A DNA stretch of 64,000 bases from a candidate division WOR-3 bacterium. GTDB taxonomy: Bacteria; Hydrothermota; Tepidihabitantia; Tepidihabitantales; Tepidihabitantaceae. The notes under the pieces are model-generated. The model was not told the origin of the DNA. It ran no database searches and worked only from the letters and a program-made list of their open reading frames with translations. The stretch covers positions 32,001 through 96,000 of the forward strand of contig CBFGIT010000008.1 in assembly GCA_965648905.1 (NCBI GenBank). Reading direction: 5' to 3'. Of the stretch, positions 18,883 to 28,301 are shown one piece after another. The translations under genes were made by a program, and so were the position numbers. Position 1 is the first letter of the stretch. The number at the start of each line of letters is the position of its first letter.

Positions 18883-20295
18883 CTAGCTCATTGCCCTCGG
18901 TTGAATCGGTATTCGGTCCGCCCTGCCCGACCGGCACTTGCGCACCAGAACCCGAAACGCCTCACCCCGCGCCTGGAAGTCGGCGAACTGGTCGAAACTG
19001 GCAAACCCGGGCGAGAAAAGCACTGTGTCGCCGGCCACGGCCCGGCCCTGTGCAGCCCGTACCGCACTCTCAAGGTCAGCAGCCTTGCTCCAGCGGCTGA
19101 ATCCGCGCTGCTTGAGCGCGCGTGCCAGGCGGTGCCGATTCTCGCCGGTCAGGACTACCCATTTGGCGTGTCGCTCGATTGCCGCCAGATAGTCGTCCAA
19201 AGGCAGACCCTTTTCGCGGCCCCCGGCAATCAACACGACCCCTCTCCGCTCGGCTGCTGCGGCCAGGGACCGCGCTGCTGCAACTGGATTGGTACTCATC
19301 GAATTGTTCACGAACACCACCCGATTGATAACCGCCACCCGCTCCATCCGATGCTCAAGACCCCGGAACCTCGAAAGCACCTGCTGCATCGGTCCCGGCC
19401 CTGCGCCCAGCAGCCCCGAGGCAAGACACGCGGCCAGCGCGTTCTCAACATTGTGCTCACCCGGAAGCGCCAGTTGGGTCTTGGGCATCACCCTGCGTCC
19501 CAGGCACCAGATGTCTCCGTTCACAAGGCACGCGCCGTTCGCCCGGCCGCGAGTTGAAAAGAACCGCTTCCTGCCCCGGCCGCGCGCACGCGCCTGCCGG
19601 ACACGCTCGTCGTCACGGTTCAGCACCGCAAAGTCTTCTCTTGTCTGCCGGTCCAGAACCCGCAGCTTGCTCTCAGCATAGGCCGCCATGGTCTGGTGTC
19701 GGTTAAGATGGTCGGGCGTGATGTTCAACACGACCGCAACCTTCGGCTTCAGCCAGCGTGCCCGCTCCAGTTGAAAACTCGAAGTCTCGACCACATAGTA
19801 GTCCCGGGCCGCCTGACCAAGAGCCTGAGAAAGAGGCTTGCCCGGTGCCAGGTTACCACCCCAGAACACCTTCTTGCCCGAGGCAACAAGAATCCGGGCA
19901 ATCAGAGTCGTGGTTGTTGACTTGCCATTGGTCCCGGTGACGACAACCAGCGGCCCCGGGACAAAACAGGAGGAGAAGTCGAGCTCATCAGCCACCTTTG
20001 TCCCGTGTTTGAGCAGGGCTTTGACTACCGGGTGCGAGTCTGGTATCCCTGGGCTGACTATCGCCCATTTCGGATTCACCGCATCAGGCTGGTTCGTAAG
20101 CTCAAGCCCCTGCTGTTTCAAACCTGCCACCGCCTCGCTCGTCCGCACGGCTCGATTCTCATCCCAACCCAGAACCTCGGCTCCGGCCCGCAGCAGAAAG
20201 CGGCTGACGCTCTGGCCGGACCGGCCCAGCCCTAGTACCAGAAACCGACTCCCTGCCAGCTCCGGAATTCCCTGCTTCACCGACCGCGCCATCAC
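18883..20295 (-). CDS. murD: UDP-MurNAc-L-Ala--D-Glu ligase
   Basis: GLGRSG, TGTNGKSTT, SSFQL, DHLNRH, SPGFASFDQF. Confidence 0.93.
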   Translation of the reverse strand: MMARSVKQGIPELAGSRFLVLGLGRSGQSVSRFLLRAGAEVLGWDENRAVRTSEAVAGLKQQGLELTNQPDAVNPKWAIVSPGIPDSHPVVKALLKHGTKVADELDFSSCFVPGPLVVVTGTNGKSTTTTLIARILVASGKKVFWGGNLAPGKPLSQALGQAARDYYVVETSSFQLERARWLKPKVAVVLNITPDHLNRHQTMAAYAESKLRVLDRQTREDFAVLNRDDERVRQARARGRGRKRFFSTRGRANGACLVNGDIWCLGRRVMPKTQLALPGEHNVENALAACLASGLLGAGPGPMQQVLSRFRGLEHRMERVAVINRVVFVNNSMSTNPVAAARSLAAAAERRGVVLIAGGREKGLPLDDYLAAIERHAKWVVLTGENRHRLARALKQRGFSRWSKAADLESAVRAAQGRAVAGDTVLFSPGFASFDQFADFQARGEAFRVLVRKCRSGRADRIPIQPRAMS

Positions 20296-21380
20296 CTTAT
20301 CTTCAGTGTTGCCAGAGCTGCCAGACCAAACAAGGCGGCCAGAATCATGAACCGGGTCACAACCTTAGGCTCAGCCCAGCCGGCCAGCTCAAAATGATGG
20401 TGAATCGGCGCCATCCTGAACAGCCGTCTACCCCGGGTCGCGCGGAAGTATCCCACCTGAAGAATCACCGACCCGGCCTCAAGCACGAACACACCGCCGA
20501 CAATCGGCAGCAGCATCTCGTGCTTGGTCAGAACCGCAGCCAGTCCGAGCACGCCGCCGAGTGGCAGCGACCCGGTGTCACCCATGAACACCTCAGCCGG
20601 GTGAGCATTGAACCAGAGAAAGCCAAGACACGCACCGGTCAATGCCAAACAGAAGACCGCGGTCTCGCCCGCGGTCGGCACGAACATGATGTTCAGGTAC
20701 TGGGCGATGCGGAAATGACCGGAAACATACGCCAGCACGGCATAGGTCGCCAGCGCGATGACCATCAGTCCTGAAGCCAACCCATCCAGGCCGTCGGCCA
20801 GGTTGACCGCGTTCGACGTTCCAATAACCACCGTCATGACAAACGGTATGTAGAGCCAGCCGAAATCAGCCACCAGGTTCTTGAACAGAAGCACGTTGGT
20901 GTGCGAACGCCGCAGCGGGTCAACCGGCACAAAATAGAGCACTGCCCCGATGAATAGTGCCAGCGCCAACTGAACCACGAGTTTCACGGTTTTGCTCAGG
21001 CCGCGCGGCCGGCCCAGTCTCACCTTGACATAGTCGTCCCAGAAACCGAGCAATCCGAGCCAGACCAGAGTCAGCAGCCCGAGCTGAACCTGGCGGTTCT
21101 CGAGGTCGGCAAAGAGCAGGACCGCGATTCCGCCGGCCGCAAGAATCAGAATGCCGCCCATGGTCGGGGTCCCGGCTTTGCCCTGATGTCGCTGGGGCAC
21201 CTCATCACGAATCCGTTGTCCGATGTTGAGACGCCGCACGACCCGAATGAGCGCGGGCCCGAGCAGCAGAGTAAGCATGATGCTTGTCGCTCCGGCCGCG
21301 GCTGCTCTGAAAGTAATGTATCTGAACAGGTTGAACAACCCAAATGACCCGCGCAATGGTGCGAGCAGCTCATAGAGCAT
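20292..21380 (-). CDS. mraY: Phospho-N-acetylmuramoyl-pentapeptide transferase
   Basis: KAGTPTMGG, NAVNLADGLDG, FMGDTGSL, MAPIHHHFE. Confidence 0.96.
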   Translation of the reverse strand: MLYELLAPLRGSFGLFNLFRYITFRAAAAGATSIMLTLLLGPALIRVVRRLNIGQRIRDEVPQRHQGKAGTPTMGGILILAAGGIAVLLFADLENRQVQLGLLTLVWLGLLGFWDDYVKVRLGRPRGLSKTVKLVVQLALALFIGAVLYFVPVDPLRRSHTNVLLFKNLVADFGWLYIPFVMTVVIGTSNAVNLADGLDGLASGLMVIALATYAVLAYVSGHFRIAQYLNIMFVPTAGETAVFCLALTGACLGFLWFNAHPAEVFMGDTGSLPLGGVLGLAAVLTKHEMLLPIVGGVFVLEAGSVILQVGYFRATRGRRLFRMAPIHHHFELAGWAEPKVVTRFMILAALFGLAALATLKIR

Positions 21381-22946
21381 CTACTGCTCCCCGCCCGGCT
21401 CTTCTTCCGCCTTCGCCTTCAACCGCCCTTCGAGCACCTCGCGCGCCACCTCACGGTCGTCGAAGTGGCGACGTTCGGCTCCGACAATCTGATAGTCCTC
21501 GTGACCCTTGCCGCAAATCACGACCGTATCACCAGACCGAGCCAGCCGCAAGGCACGTTCAATTGCCGCGGCCCGGTCCGGCTCAACCAACACTTCGGCT
21601 CGCGGCCGCCGGATGCCCGTGCCATTGTCCTTCCTCACTTCCTGCTCGACTCCGACCAGAATCTCCTCGATAATCGCCTCGGGTTTCTCGCCGCGCGGGT
21701 TGTCCGAAGTAACGACACAGACATCGGCCAGCTTTGCTGCCGTCTCTCCCATCTGGGGGCGCTTGCCTCGGTCCCGGTCCCCACCGCATCCGAACACAAC
21801 CAGAACCCGGCCGGACGTGAACCGGCGTACCGTCGCCAGCACCCGACCGAGCGCATCGGGCGTGTGTGCGTAGTCGACAAAGACGCCGAACCCCTGACCC
21901 GCGGCCACCGGTTCGAGCCGGCCCGGGACACCGGTAAGAGCTTCAGCTCCGGCAACAATCTGTTCGAGCGGCCAGCCCAGGGCCCGACCCGCAGCCACCG
22001 CGGCAAGCAGATTCGACAACTGATGCTCGCCCACCAGCTTCATCCGCACCGGCACAACCCGGCCTTCAACACTCACCGAACAGTCCAGACCATCAGGCCG
22101 CACCGCCTCAACCTTGCCCGACACCTCAGGAACCGGCTCCAGGTCCGGCCGCGTTCCGTAGCCGACCACGCGCGCCCGGGTCCGGTGTGGAATGTCCCGG
22201 CCCAAGGCATCGTCGTAGTTCACCACCGCAACCGCGTTCGGCCCAAGCTGAGTGAACAGCTTCGCCTTCGCTGCCCGATAGTTGTCCATTGTCCGGTGGA
22301 AGTCGAGATGGTCCTGGGTCACGTTGGTCAGCACCGCAACCCTGAAGTCAAGGTCGAACACCCGGTCCAGCTCCAGCGCGTGTGACGAAACCTCGGCGAT
22401 GCACAGCCCGGCGCCGCGCTCGACCAGTGACGAGAGAATCTCTACCAGTTCCAGACTCTCGGGCGTGGTCTGACCGGCCGGCCGCAACTGGCCGCCGTCA
22501 TAGTACTCAATCGTCCCGATGAATCCCGGTTCCTGCCCGCCCTGTCGCGCCATCGCCCGGAGTAGATAGGTGGTCGTGGTCTTGCCGTTCGTACCCGTAA
22601 CACCGACCAGACTCAGTTTCCGACTCGGGAAGCAGTAGAACCGGTTCGCGACCTGGGCCAGGAACCGCCGCGGCGTCGCGGTCTGCACCACGGTCACCCA
22701 GCTCTTCTGCACCCGGCTTACGTCCGAGCAGGCCACGCACAACGCGCCCCGGTTCACCGCGTCATCGATGAAGTCGGTGCCCGATGCCCGGAGCCCGTCA
22801 ATCGCGACGAACAGCGCGCCCGGGCCTGACCGGGCCGAATGGTAGCAGATACTCCTCACCTCGACCGCCGCATTGCCGTAGACCACACAGGGTACGCCCT
22901 TGGTCAGGTCGGCAAGCTTCTTTGCGGTCGGCCCCGGTGTTTTCAC
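21381..22946 (-). CDS. murE: UDP-MurNAc-dipeptide--DAP ligase
   Basis: TGTNGKTT, DHLDFH, DYAHTPD, DNPR; GTG 22946 overlaps ftsI stop. Confidence 0.93.
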   Translation of the reverse strand: MKTPGPTAKKLADLTKGVPCVVYGNAAVEVRSICYHSARSGPGALFVAIDGLRASGTDFIDDAVNRGALCVACSDVSRVQKSWVTVVQTATPRRFLAQVANRFYCFPSRKLSLVGVTGTNGKTTTTYLLRAMARQGGQEPGFIGTIEYYDGGQLRPAGQTTPESLELVEILSSLVERGAGLCIAEVSSHALELDRVFDLDFRVAVLTNVTQDHLDFHRTMDNYRAAKAKLFTQLGPNAVAVVNYDDALGRDIPHRTRARVVGYGTRPDLEPVPEVSGKVEAVRPDGLDCSVSVEGRVVPVRMKLVGEHQLSNLLAAVAAGRALGWPLEQIVAGAEALTGVPGRLEPVAAGQGFGVFVDYAHTPDALGRVLATVRRFTSGRVLVVFGCGGDRDRGKRPQMGETAAKLADVCVVTSDNPRGEKPEAIIEEILVGVEQEVRKDNGTGIRRPRAEVLVEPDRAAAIERALRLARSGDTVVICGKGHEDYQIVGAERRHFDDREVAREVLEGRLKAKAEEEPGGEQ

Positions 22947-24697
22947 TGCGGGATTACCCAGCCGGCATGACGGTCCAGACCAGGCCGGGCCGCGGCATAC
23001 AGTCTTGCCCGCCGGCTCTCGGCCCGCTCCCAGCGGACCAGCCGGCTCCCGATGCAACTGAACACCGGACAGCAGACCGCGCCCGCGAACCGTTCGGTCC
23101 TCGGCTCGTCAATCAGCACGGCGATAACAAACCGCGGCCGTTCCTTGGGCAGAAACCCGACAAAAGTCATTCGTGACCTCGTCATCGAGTAGCCACCCCA
23201 CGGCTCGATCTTCTGTGCCGTGCCGGTCTTGCCGCAGGCAGCAACGCCCTCGATTCGGGCCAGCACTCCGGTCCCCTCGGTGACCACCCGTTCCAGAATG
23301 TCCTTGATGCGCGCGCAGTTCTCTCGCCTCAGCACGCGGCGCACTGCCGTCGACCGGGTTCGGCGCAGTACTCGGTTTCCCTGTTTCACTGAGTCGAGCA
23401 GGTACGGCCGCAGGTACACTCCGTCGTTGGCCACGCACAGATATGCGGCGGCCATCTGCATCAGCGTCACGGTCAACCCTTGACCGAACACGACATTGGC
23501 AAAGCGCAGCGGCTTCAGTCGCCCCGGCCGGTCCAGATACCCCGCGCCTTCGTTGGGCAGCCCGAGTCCGGTCATCGTCCCGAACCCGAGCCCGCGCGCC
23601 AGCTCGTAGTAGTCTGCCGGGTCGAGCTGCTCCGACAACAGGGCGCAGCCGGCATTCGACGACTTCACGAACAAACCATCGAAATCGAGCACCCCGTTCG
23701 GATGCACATCGCGTATCTTCCGGCCGGCAATCTCGACGTAACCCGGGGAAACGTCATACTTTCGCTGCACCAGTTTGTACGCGTCCCGGCTCTCCAATGC
23801 AGCCGCACACACCACCAGTTTGAATGAAGAGCCCGGCTCGAACTGGTCCGACACTGCCGCGAGTTTCAGTCGTTCCTTGGGCACGCGCCCTGGTTCGTCC
23901 GGGTCATACTCCGGGTAGTCAACCAGCCCGAGCACGGCTCCGGTCTGAGCATCGAGCACGACCGCGGAACCGGAAAGGGCTCCGGTTCTCTCCACTGCCT
24001 GAGCTAGGGCATCACGGCATATCTCCTGGACGTCGATGTCCAGGGTCAGGTAAATGTCCGCGCCGCCGACCGCTTCCTGGCGCGGCAGACTCGGGTGTGG
24101 ATACCGCTGCCCAACCGCATCCCTGAGCAGCAGCGCCCAGCCGTCCCGGCCGCGCAGAATTGAGTCGTACTCGGCCTCAATCCCGGCCCGACCCCGACCG
24201 TCGCTGACAAACCCGACCACATCCGCGCCGAGCCCATGGTACGGGTACTCCCGCCTGAAGTCGTCATTGACAAATGTGCAGTTGTGATACTGCCGCTTGA
24301 CCAGCACTCGGCGCAGTGCCTCGCCGGTTCGGTAATCGATATGGCGGCAGAACCAGTAGAACGTCTGACGCTCGGCCATCTCCTGGGCAATCTTGCGACG
24401 TTCGCCCAGTCCGAATCGAGAAAGAATCGCGGCCAGGGTCTCCTGCGAAGCGGCGTACTGCGGCAGCAGATGAATCGAGCACGAGCTCTTCGACAGTGCC
24501 AGTGAACGTCCGGCCCGGTCAAACACTTCGCCACGGCGAGCCGGTAGTTCCACCCTCAGCCAGTGCTGGACCTGGGCCTCACGTCGATAGTACGCTCCGC
24601 GCACGAGCTGGACAAACCCGACGTACAGAAAGAGCAGGACCCACCCTGCAAGCAGCGTCCCCGTGACGAACCGGAACCTGCCTCCACCCAAGGTCAA
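22943..24697 (-). CDS. ftsI: Class B penicillin-binding protein FtsI
   Basis: RGEVFDR, EPGSSFK, KSSN, GKTGTAQ. Confidence 0.9.
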   Translation of the reverse strand: MTLGGGRFRFVTGTLLAGWVLLFLYVGFVQLVRGAYYRREAQVQHWLRVELPARRGEVFDRAGRSLALSKSSCSIHLLPQYAASQETLAAILSRFGLGERRKIAQEMAERQTFYWFCRHIDYRTGEALRRVLVKRQYHNCTFVNDDFRREYPYHGLGADVVGFVSDGRGRAGIEAEYDSILRGRDGWALLLRDAVGQRYPHPSLPRQEAVGGADIYLTLDIDVQEICRDALAQAVERTGALSGSAVVLDAQTGAVLGLVDYPEYDPDEPGRVPKERLKLAAVSDQFEPGSSFKLVVCAAALESRDAYKLVQRKYDVSPGYVEIAGRKIRDVHPNGVLDFDGLFVKSSNAGCALLSEQLDPADYYELARGLGFGTMTGLGLPNEGAGYLDRPGRLKPLRFANVVFGQGLTVTLMQMAAAYLCVANDGVYLRPYLLDSVKQGNRVLRRTRSTAVRRVLRRENCARIKDILERVVTEGTGVLARIEGVAACGKTGTAQKIEPWGGYSMTRSRMTFVGFLPKERPRFVIAVLIDEPRTERFAGAVCCPVFSCIGSRLVRWERAESRRARLYAAARPGLDRHAGWVIPQ

Positions 24698-25011
24698 CGC
24701 GCCCTCGCGAACTCCATTCTCCGCTCGCTGCTCGTACCGGTTGAATCCTTCTGGCCTGGCTCGATCGCGACCATGGTCGGCCGCACTGGCTCGGCCGCAA
24801 CCAACGTCCAGATTGAATCGAGTCGTTCGAACCTGGTCAACTGCGCGATTTCCACATCCAGACGGTCCAGCTCATCTTTCAGCAACTGCCGCTCGGTCGC
24901 AAGCGTGGTAAGCTGCCGGGTCAACCTGACGCTCCGGTCATGCTGATAAAGGTAGGCAAGCGCCAGACCGCAGAGCAGTATCAGCCCGACAATCCTGCCC
25001 GCACTGCTCAT
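24694..25011 (-). CDS. ftsL: Cell division protein FtsL-like
   Basis: TM helix plus leucine coiled coil between rsmH and ftsI. Confidence 0.7.
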   Translation of the reverse strand: MSSAGRIVGLILLCGLALAYLYQHDRSVRLTRQLTTLATERQLLKDELDRLDVEIAQLTRFERLDSIWTLVAAEPVRPTMVAIEPGQKDSTGTSSERRMEFARAR

Positions 25012-25901
25012 CCGACCACCTCGGCGGCCCGCAGCCGCGCACTCCTTGCCCGGGGATTGCGCCGCACCTCATCCGGCCCGGGCGCCACTGCCTTGCGCGT
25101 CAGCACCCGCAGCCGCGTGCCGGCCGAGCCAAAGGCCTGCTTCACCAGACGTGCCTCGAGTGAATGATAGCAGATCGTTACTAACCTTCCGCCGCGCACC
25201 AGTACTTCAAGTGCCGCGGCCAGACCCATTCGCACCGCCCCAAGCTCATCATTGACGGCAATCCGCAGTGCCTGAAACACCCGCGGCAGAGCCCGACGGA
25301 CGAATCGCCCGGGCAAGACCTGCCGGACCACTCTAACCAGGTCCTGGGTCGTGCGTATCCGACTCCGCGCCCCGTGCACCACTCGGGCAATCCGGCCGCT
25401 CATCGGCTCCTCGCCATAGTCCCGCAACAGACTCTTGAGCTCTCGTTCCGGAGTCCTTCGCACCAGCTCAAGCGCGCTCTGCCGCTTGCCCGCCTGGTCA
25501 AACCGCATGTCCAGCGGCCCGTCATACTGATGACTGAATCCCCGGCCCGGCTCCTGCAACTGGTGAAGCGATACCCCGAAGTCAAAGAACACACCCGTCA
25601 CCGGTCCAAGCCCAAGACGCTGGACAATCGACGCCATGTCCACGTAGCTGCTCTGAACCAGCGCTACGTTGTTGTAACCACTGAGTGCTTTCGAGGCCTC
25701 GGCAATCGCGTCCGGGTCAACGTCCAACCCCAGGACGAAGCGCGCCCCGGCATCAAGAATGGCGCGGGCGTGCCCTCCTCCCCCGACCGTTGCGTCAATC
25801 ACTGTTCCGGTCTCGGGCCTGAGGAACTCCAGCACCTCATTGACCATCACCGGCTCGTGAAACATCATCCTGCTGAGGCTCGGTCTTTGGGTTCTGGCCA
25901 C
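25008..25901 (-). CDS. rsmH: 16S rRNA m4C1402 methyltransferase (start may be ATG 25868)
   Basis: HEPVM, DATVGGGGH, PLDMR, FQALRIAVNDEL, NPRARSA. Confidence 0.95.
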   Translation of the reverse strand: MARTQRPSLSRMMFHEPVMVNEVLEFLRPETGTVIDATVGGGGHARAILDAGARFVLGLDVDPDAIAEASKALSGYNNVALVQSSYVDMASIVQRLGLGPVTGVFFDFGVSLHQLQEPGRGFSHQYDGPLDMRFDQAGKRQSALELVRRTPERELKSLLRDYGEEPMSGRIARVVHGARSRIRTTQDLVRVVRQVLPGRFVRRALPRVFQALRIAVNDELGAVRMGLAAALEVLVRGGRLVTICYHSLEARLVKQAFGSAGTRLRVLTRKAVAPGPDEVRRNPRARSARLRAAEVVG

Positions 25902-26400
25902 AAGCGGTACCGCTCACGACTTCGGGTCTGTTGCCCTGGGGCCTGAGACGGTCGAGTCTTGTAAGGTCGTCATCATACTGGCTGTCTGCCGACTGGAAGT
26001 ACGTGCGATAACGTGTTGGCTCCCAGACCTCGAAAAACGGCCCGACCCCGATTATCACTGCGGAATCGGTAATGCCGGTCACGTCCTTGAGGTTCTTGGG
26101 GATAAGAATCCGACCCTGGCTGTCCAACTCGACCTCGCGCGACTGTGACAACCTGGTCCGGCGCAGCCGCCGCGCCTGTGGGTCATAGAGCGGCACCCCG
26201 CCCATCACTTCCTCGACGTGCCTGCGCCAACCTTCGGCAGTGTGTACCTCTATGCAGCAGTCCGGCCCTCGCGCCATAACAACCCTATCACCGTCCACCA
26301 ACCGCATCTGCTTGCGGAACGCGTGAGGAACTGCTACCCGGCTCTTCGGGTCAACTGCATGAACAAACTCACCAACACAGACCGGCTCAGGACTATCCAC
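25837..26400 (-). CDS. mraZ: Division/cell wall cluster regulator MraZ (start uncertain, 26400 or 26421)
   Basis: VDPKSRVAVP and LDSQGRILIP SpoVT-AbrB repeats; first gene of dcw. Confidence 0.88.
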   Translation of the reverse strand: MDSPEPVCVGEFVHAVDPKSRVAVPHAFRKQMRLVDGDRVVMARGPDCCIEVHTAEGWRRHVEEVMGGVPLYDPQARRLRRTRLSQSREVELDSQGRILIPKNLKDVTGITDSAVIIGVGPFFEVWEPTRYRTYFQSADSQYDDDLTRLDRLRPQGNRPEVVSGTACGQNPKTEPQQDDVSRAGDGQ

Positions 26401-26492
26401 GCGAGTCCACCACTTTTCCACACTGGTACTTGCGGTGAATTGTACTCATAGACACCTGTATGCAGTCTATCACCACCATGCCTGCCTGTCAA
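26397..26492 (-). promoter_or_regulatory. dcw promoter with candidate MraZ boxes
   Basis: TTGACA-17-TAGACT (26492-26464); GTGG direct repeats about 10 nt apart at 26421-26397. Confidence 0.55.
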
Positions 26493-26787
26493 CTTCGGCT
26501 TTTGAGAATCACTAAGTCCGTAAGTCTTAGCCAAATAATATATTAACATATCCTCTGATACTGATGCTCGGTTCAGTACGCTTCTGGCCAGGCATCTGCT
26601 GCAGTCCGTGTCCCGCACCGTGTTCCGTGTCAGGCATCCTGCACTTTGAAGCCTGCATTCTGCCCTGGCAGCAATAGCGCGCTGGCCTGGTCATTGAGGC
26701 TTGGGCTTTACCACTCCCCTCCATCCGCCCTCTGCTGCCCGACACCCTACGACTCGGTCATTGCAGTCTGCACCATGCCCTCCGTGC

Positions 26788-26815
26788 TTGACTTCACCGC
26801 GCCCCGGCCTATATT
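26788..26815 (+). promoter_or_regulatory. Promoter of remnant type I R-M operon
   Basis: TTGACT-16-TATATT, 8 nt before ATG 26824. Confidence 0.55.
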
Positions 26816-26823
26816 TCGGGTCT

Positions 26824-27054
26824 ATGCGGAATGGCGAGCAGCCCGACCAGAACCAGCTCATCCGGCGCGATGTTCTACCCTATGCCGAGGGCGTCTGTGT
26901 GAACGAGAGCAAGACCAAGATAGGCTACGAAATCAGCTTCAACCGCTACTTCTACAAACCCCAGCCGCTTCGGACGCTCGAACAAATCCGCGCCGACATC
27001 CTGGCGTTGGAGAAGGAAACGGAAGGACTGCTGGACGAGATAGTCGGAAAGTGA
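26824..27054 (+). pseudogene. hsdM: Internally deleted type I R-M methyltransferase (HsdM C-terminus)
   Basis: IRRDVLPYA..KIGYEISFNRYFYKPQPLRTLEQIRADILALEKETEGLL matches HsdM C-termini; only 76 codons, no methylase motifs. Confidence 0.75.
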
Positions 27055-27092
27055 TGAATGATGAGTGATGAATTATGAGCGGTGAAAGATGA
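27051..27092 (+). repeat. Left heptamer arm (GATGAAT-like) of four-helix-bundle cassette 2
   Basis: 27051-27079 reverse-complements 27722-27750 at 26/29. Confidence 0.7.
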
Positions 27093-27457
27093 GTACTCAA
27101 CGCGGACAGAAGCTGACAGAAAGGACGCGGGAGTTCGCGCTACGGGTGATTCGCCTGTGCTCGGAACTGCCCAAATCTACGGTTGCTCAAGTTATCGGCA
27201 AGCAGATGCTCCGGGCCGGGACATCGGTTGGCGCGCACTATCGCGAAGCCGTGCGCAGTCGGTCTGACGCAGAGTTTGTCAGCAAGCTCGAAGGCGCCCT
27301 GCAGGAAGCAGAGGAGACGCGCTACTGGCTTGAACTTCTGACAGCCGAGCGACTGGGTCCGCAGTCGGAACTTGCGGCCCTAGCGTCCGAGATTGATGAA
27401 CTTGCCGCCATGCTCGTCGCCAGCGTCAAAACCGTCAAGGCACGAACGAAGCGATAA
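27089..27457 (+). CDS. Four helix bundle protein
   Basis: QMLRAGTSVGAHYREA.RSRSDAEFVSKLEGALQEAEETRYWL. Confidence 0.88.
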   Translation: MSTQRGQKLTERTREFALRVIRLCSELPKSTVAQVIGKQMLRAGTSVGAHYREAVRSRSDAEFVSKLEGALQEAEETRYWLELLTAERLGPQSELAALASEIDELAAMLVASVKTVKARTKR

Positions 27458-27621
27458 ACTCGGAATGATAAGCGATGAATTCAGCCGACAGAGAACGCGG
27501 CGGCCTGTAGGTTCGCTTCTTGCTCATCCTCAATCATTCCCTGCTCCTCGGATGACCCGCCGCAACCGATGAATACCCCGCGTTCGTCACAAGAAATTCA
27601 TCGCCTGTCTTCTCGCATCGT

Positions 27622-27810
27622 ATGAGCACTCAGCACCCATCATTCATCACTCCGCGCTCTCCTTCAGCCTCCCCCACTCAGAACTCATCACTCATTACTC
27701 ATCGTTCTCCTTCTTCCCCCACTCATAATTCATCATTCATAACTCATCACTCTCCTCTCCGCCCCTACCCTACCTACAAGCCCTCCGGCATGCCGTGGCT
27801 GGCTGGCTGA
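27622..27810 (+). pseudogene. hsdS: N-terminal remnant of type I R-M specificity subunit, preceded by translated right repeat arm
   Basis: LRPYPTYKPSGMPWL resembles the HsdS start L(K/R)PYP.YK.SG..WLG; stop follows immediately. Confidence 0.6.
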
Positions 27811-27850
27811 CACCGTGTTCGACCTGACCTACAACAAAGAAGTCGCGTAG
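27800..27850 (+). pseudogene. hsdR: C-terminal remnant of type I restriction subunit
   Basis: WLADTVFDLTYNKEVA* resembles HsdR C-termini; short, judged from memory of the family. Confidence 0.45.
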
Positions 27851-27929
27851 CGACGCCCGGTCTCAGTTCGACTCGGTCAGCCTCTCGCTAACAGCAACTG
27901 AGAGCTCCTTTGCCCCTGAACAGGACCGT

Positions 27930-28206
27930 AGGCCGTGCTATGAGCAATGCCTGCAGTCGTGCTTCTCGAAGTACCGGCTTGAGTGCTTGGCAGCGTGACA
28001 CCAGAAGTCACTTATGCTGCACTGGCTGGTGTCACATTGCCTGTACTCGGAGCAGTTCAGGACCAGATGACGACTGCTTGGACGGTGGCGATCACGCTGG
28101 ACGTGCCATTAGGATTGCCGAGACGATGGAATCGAAAGATGACACCGGCCGTTCCGAATGGAATGACATTGGGAATGCTCTAGGGAACCGCCTGCCGGAC
28201 GTCCCC
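27930..28206. repeat. Degenerate 12-bp-periodic array 2
   Basis: GTGC/ATGC/GTAC/GTCA/ATGA cores at 27935, 27947, 27959 ... 28175; stops in the periodic frame. Confidence 0.7.
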
Positions 28207-28301
28207 AATCCTCCAGTTCAGCAGTCACTTCTTTCGCATAACCGATTGACCGCTAAACCGTTAGCCGCAATCAGCCGTATGTCGCCCAGTTAGACGACTT
28301 G

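Noticed and set aside
22947..23057. Extended murE N-terminus from the ORF track
   Set aside because: Overlaps ftsI; GTG 22946 coupled to the ftsI stop is more plausible
27089..27457. Four-helix-bundle genes as Avd of a diversity-generating retroelement
   Set aside because: No reverse transcriptase and no TR/VR pair with adenine-specific mismatches seen in the window
27930..28206. 12-bp arrays as CRISPR arrays or real short CDSs
   Set aside because: No identical repeats with unique spacers, no cas genes; stops interrupt the periodic frame
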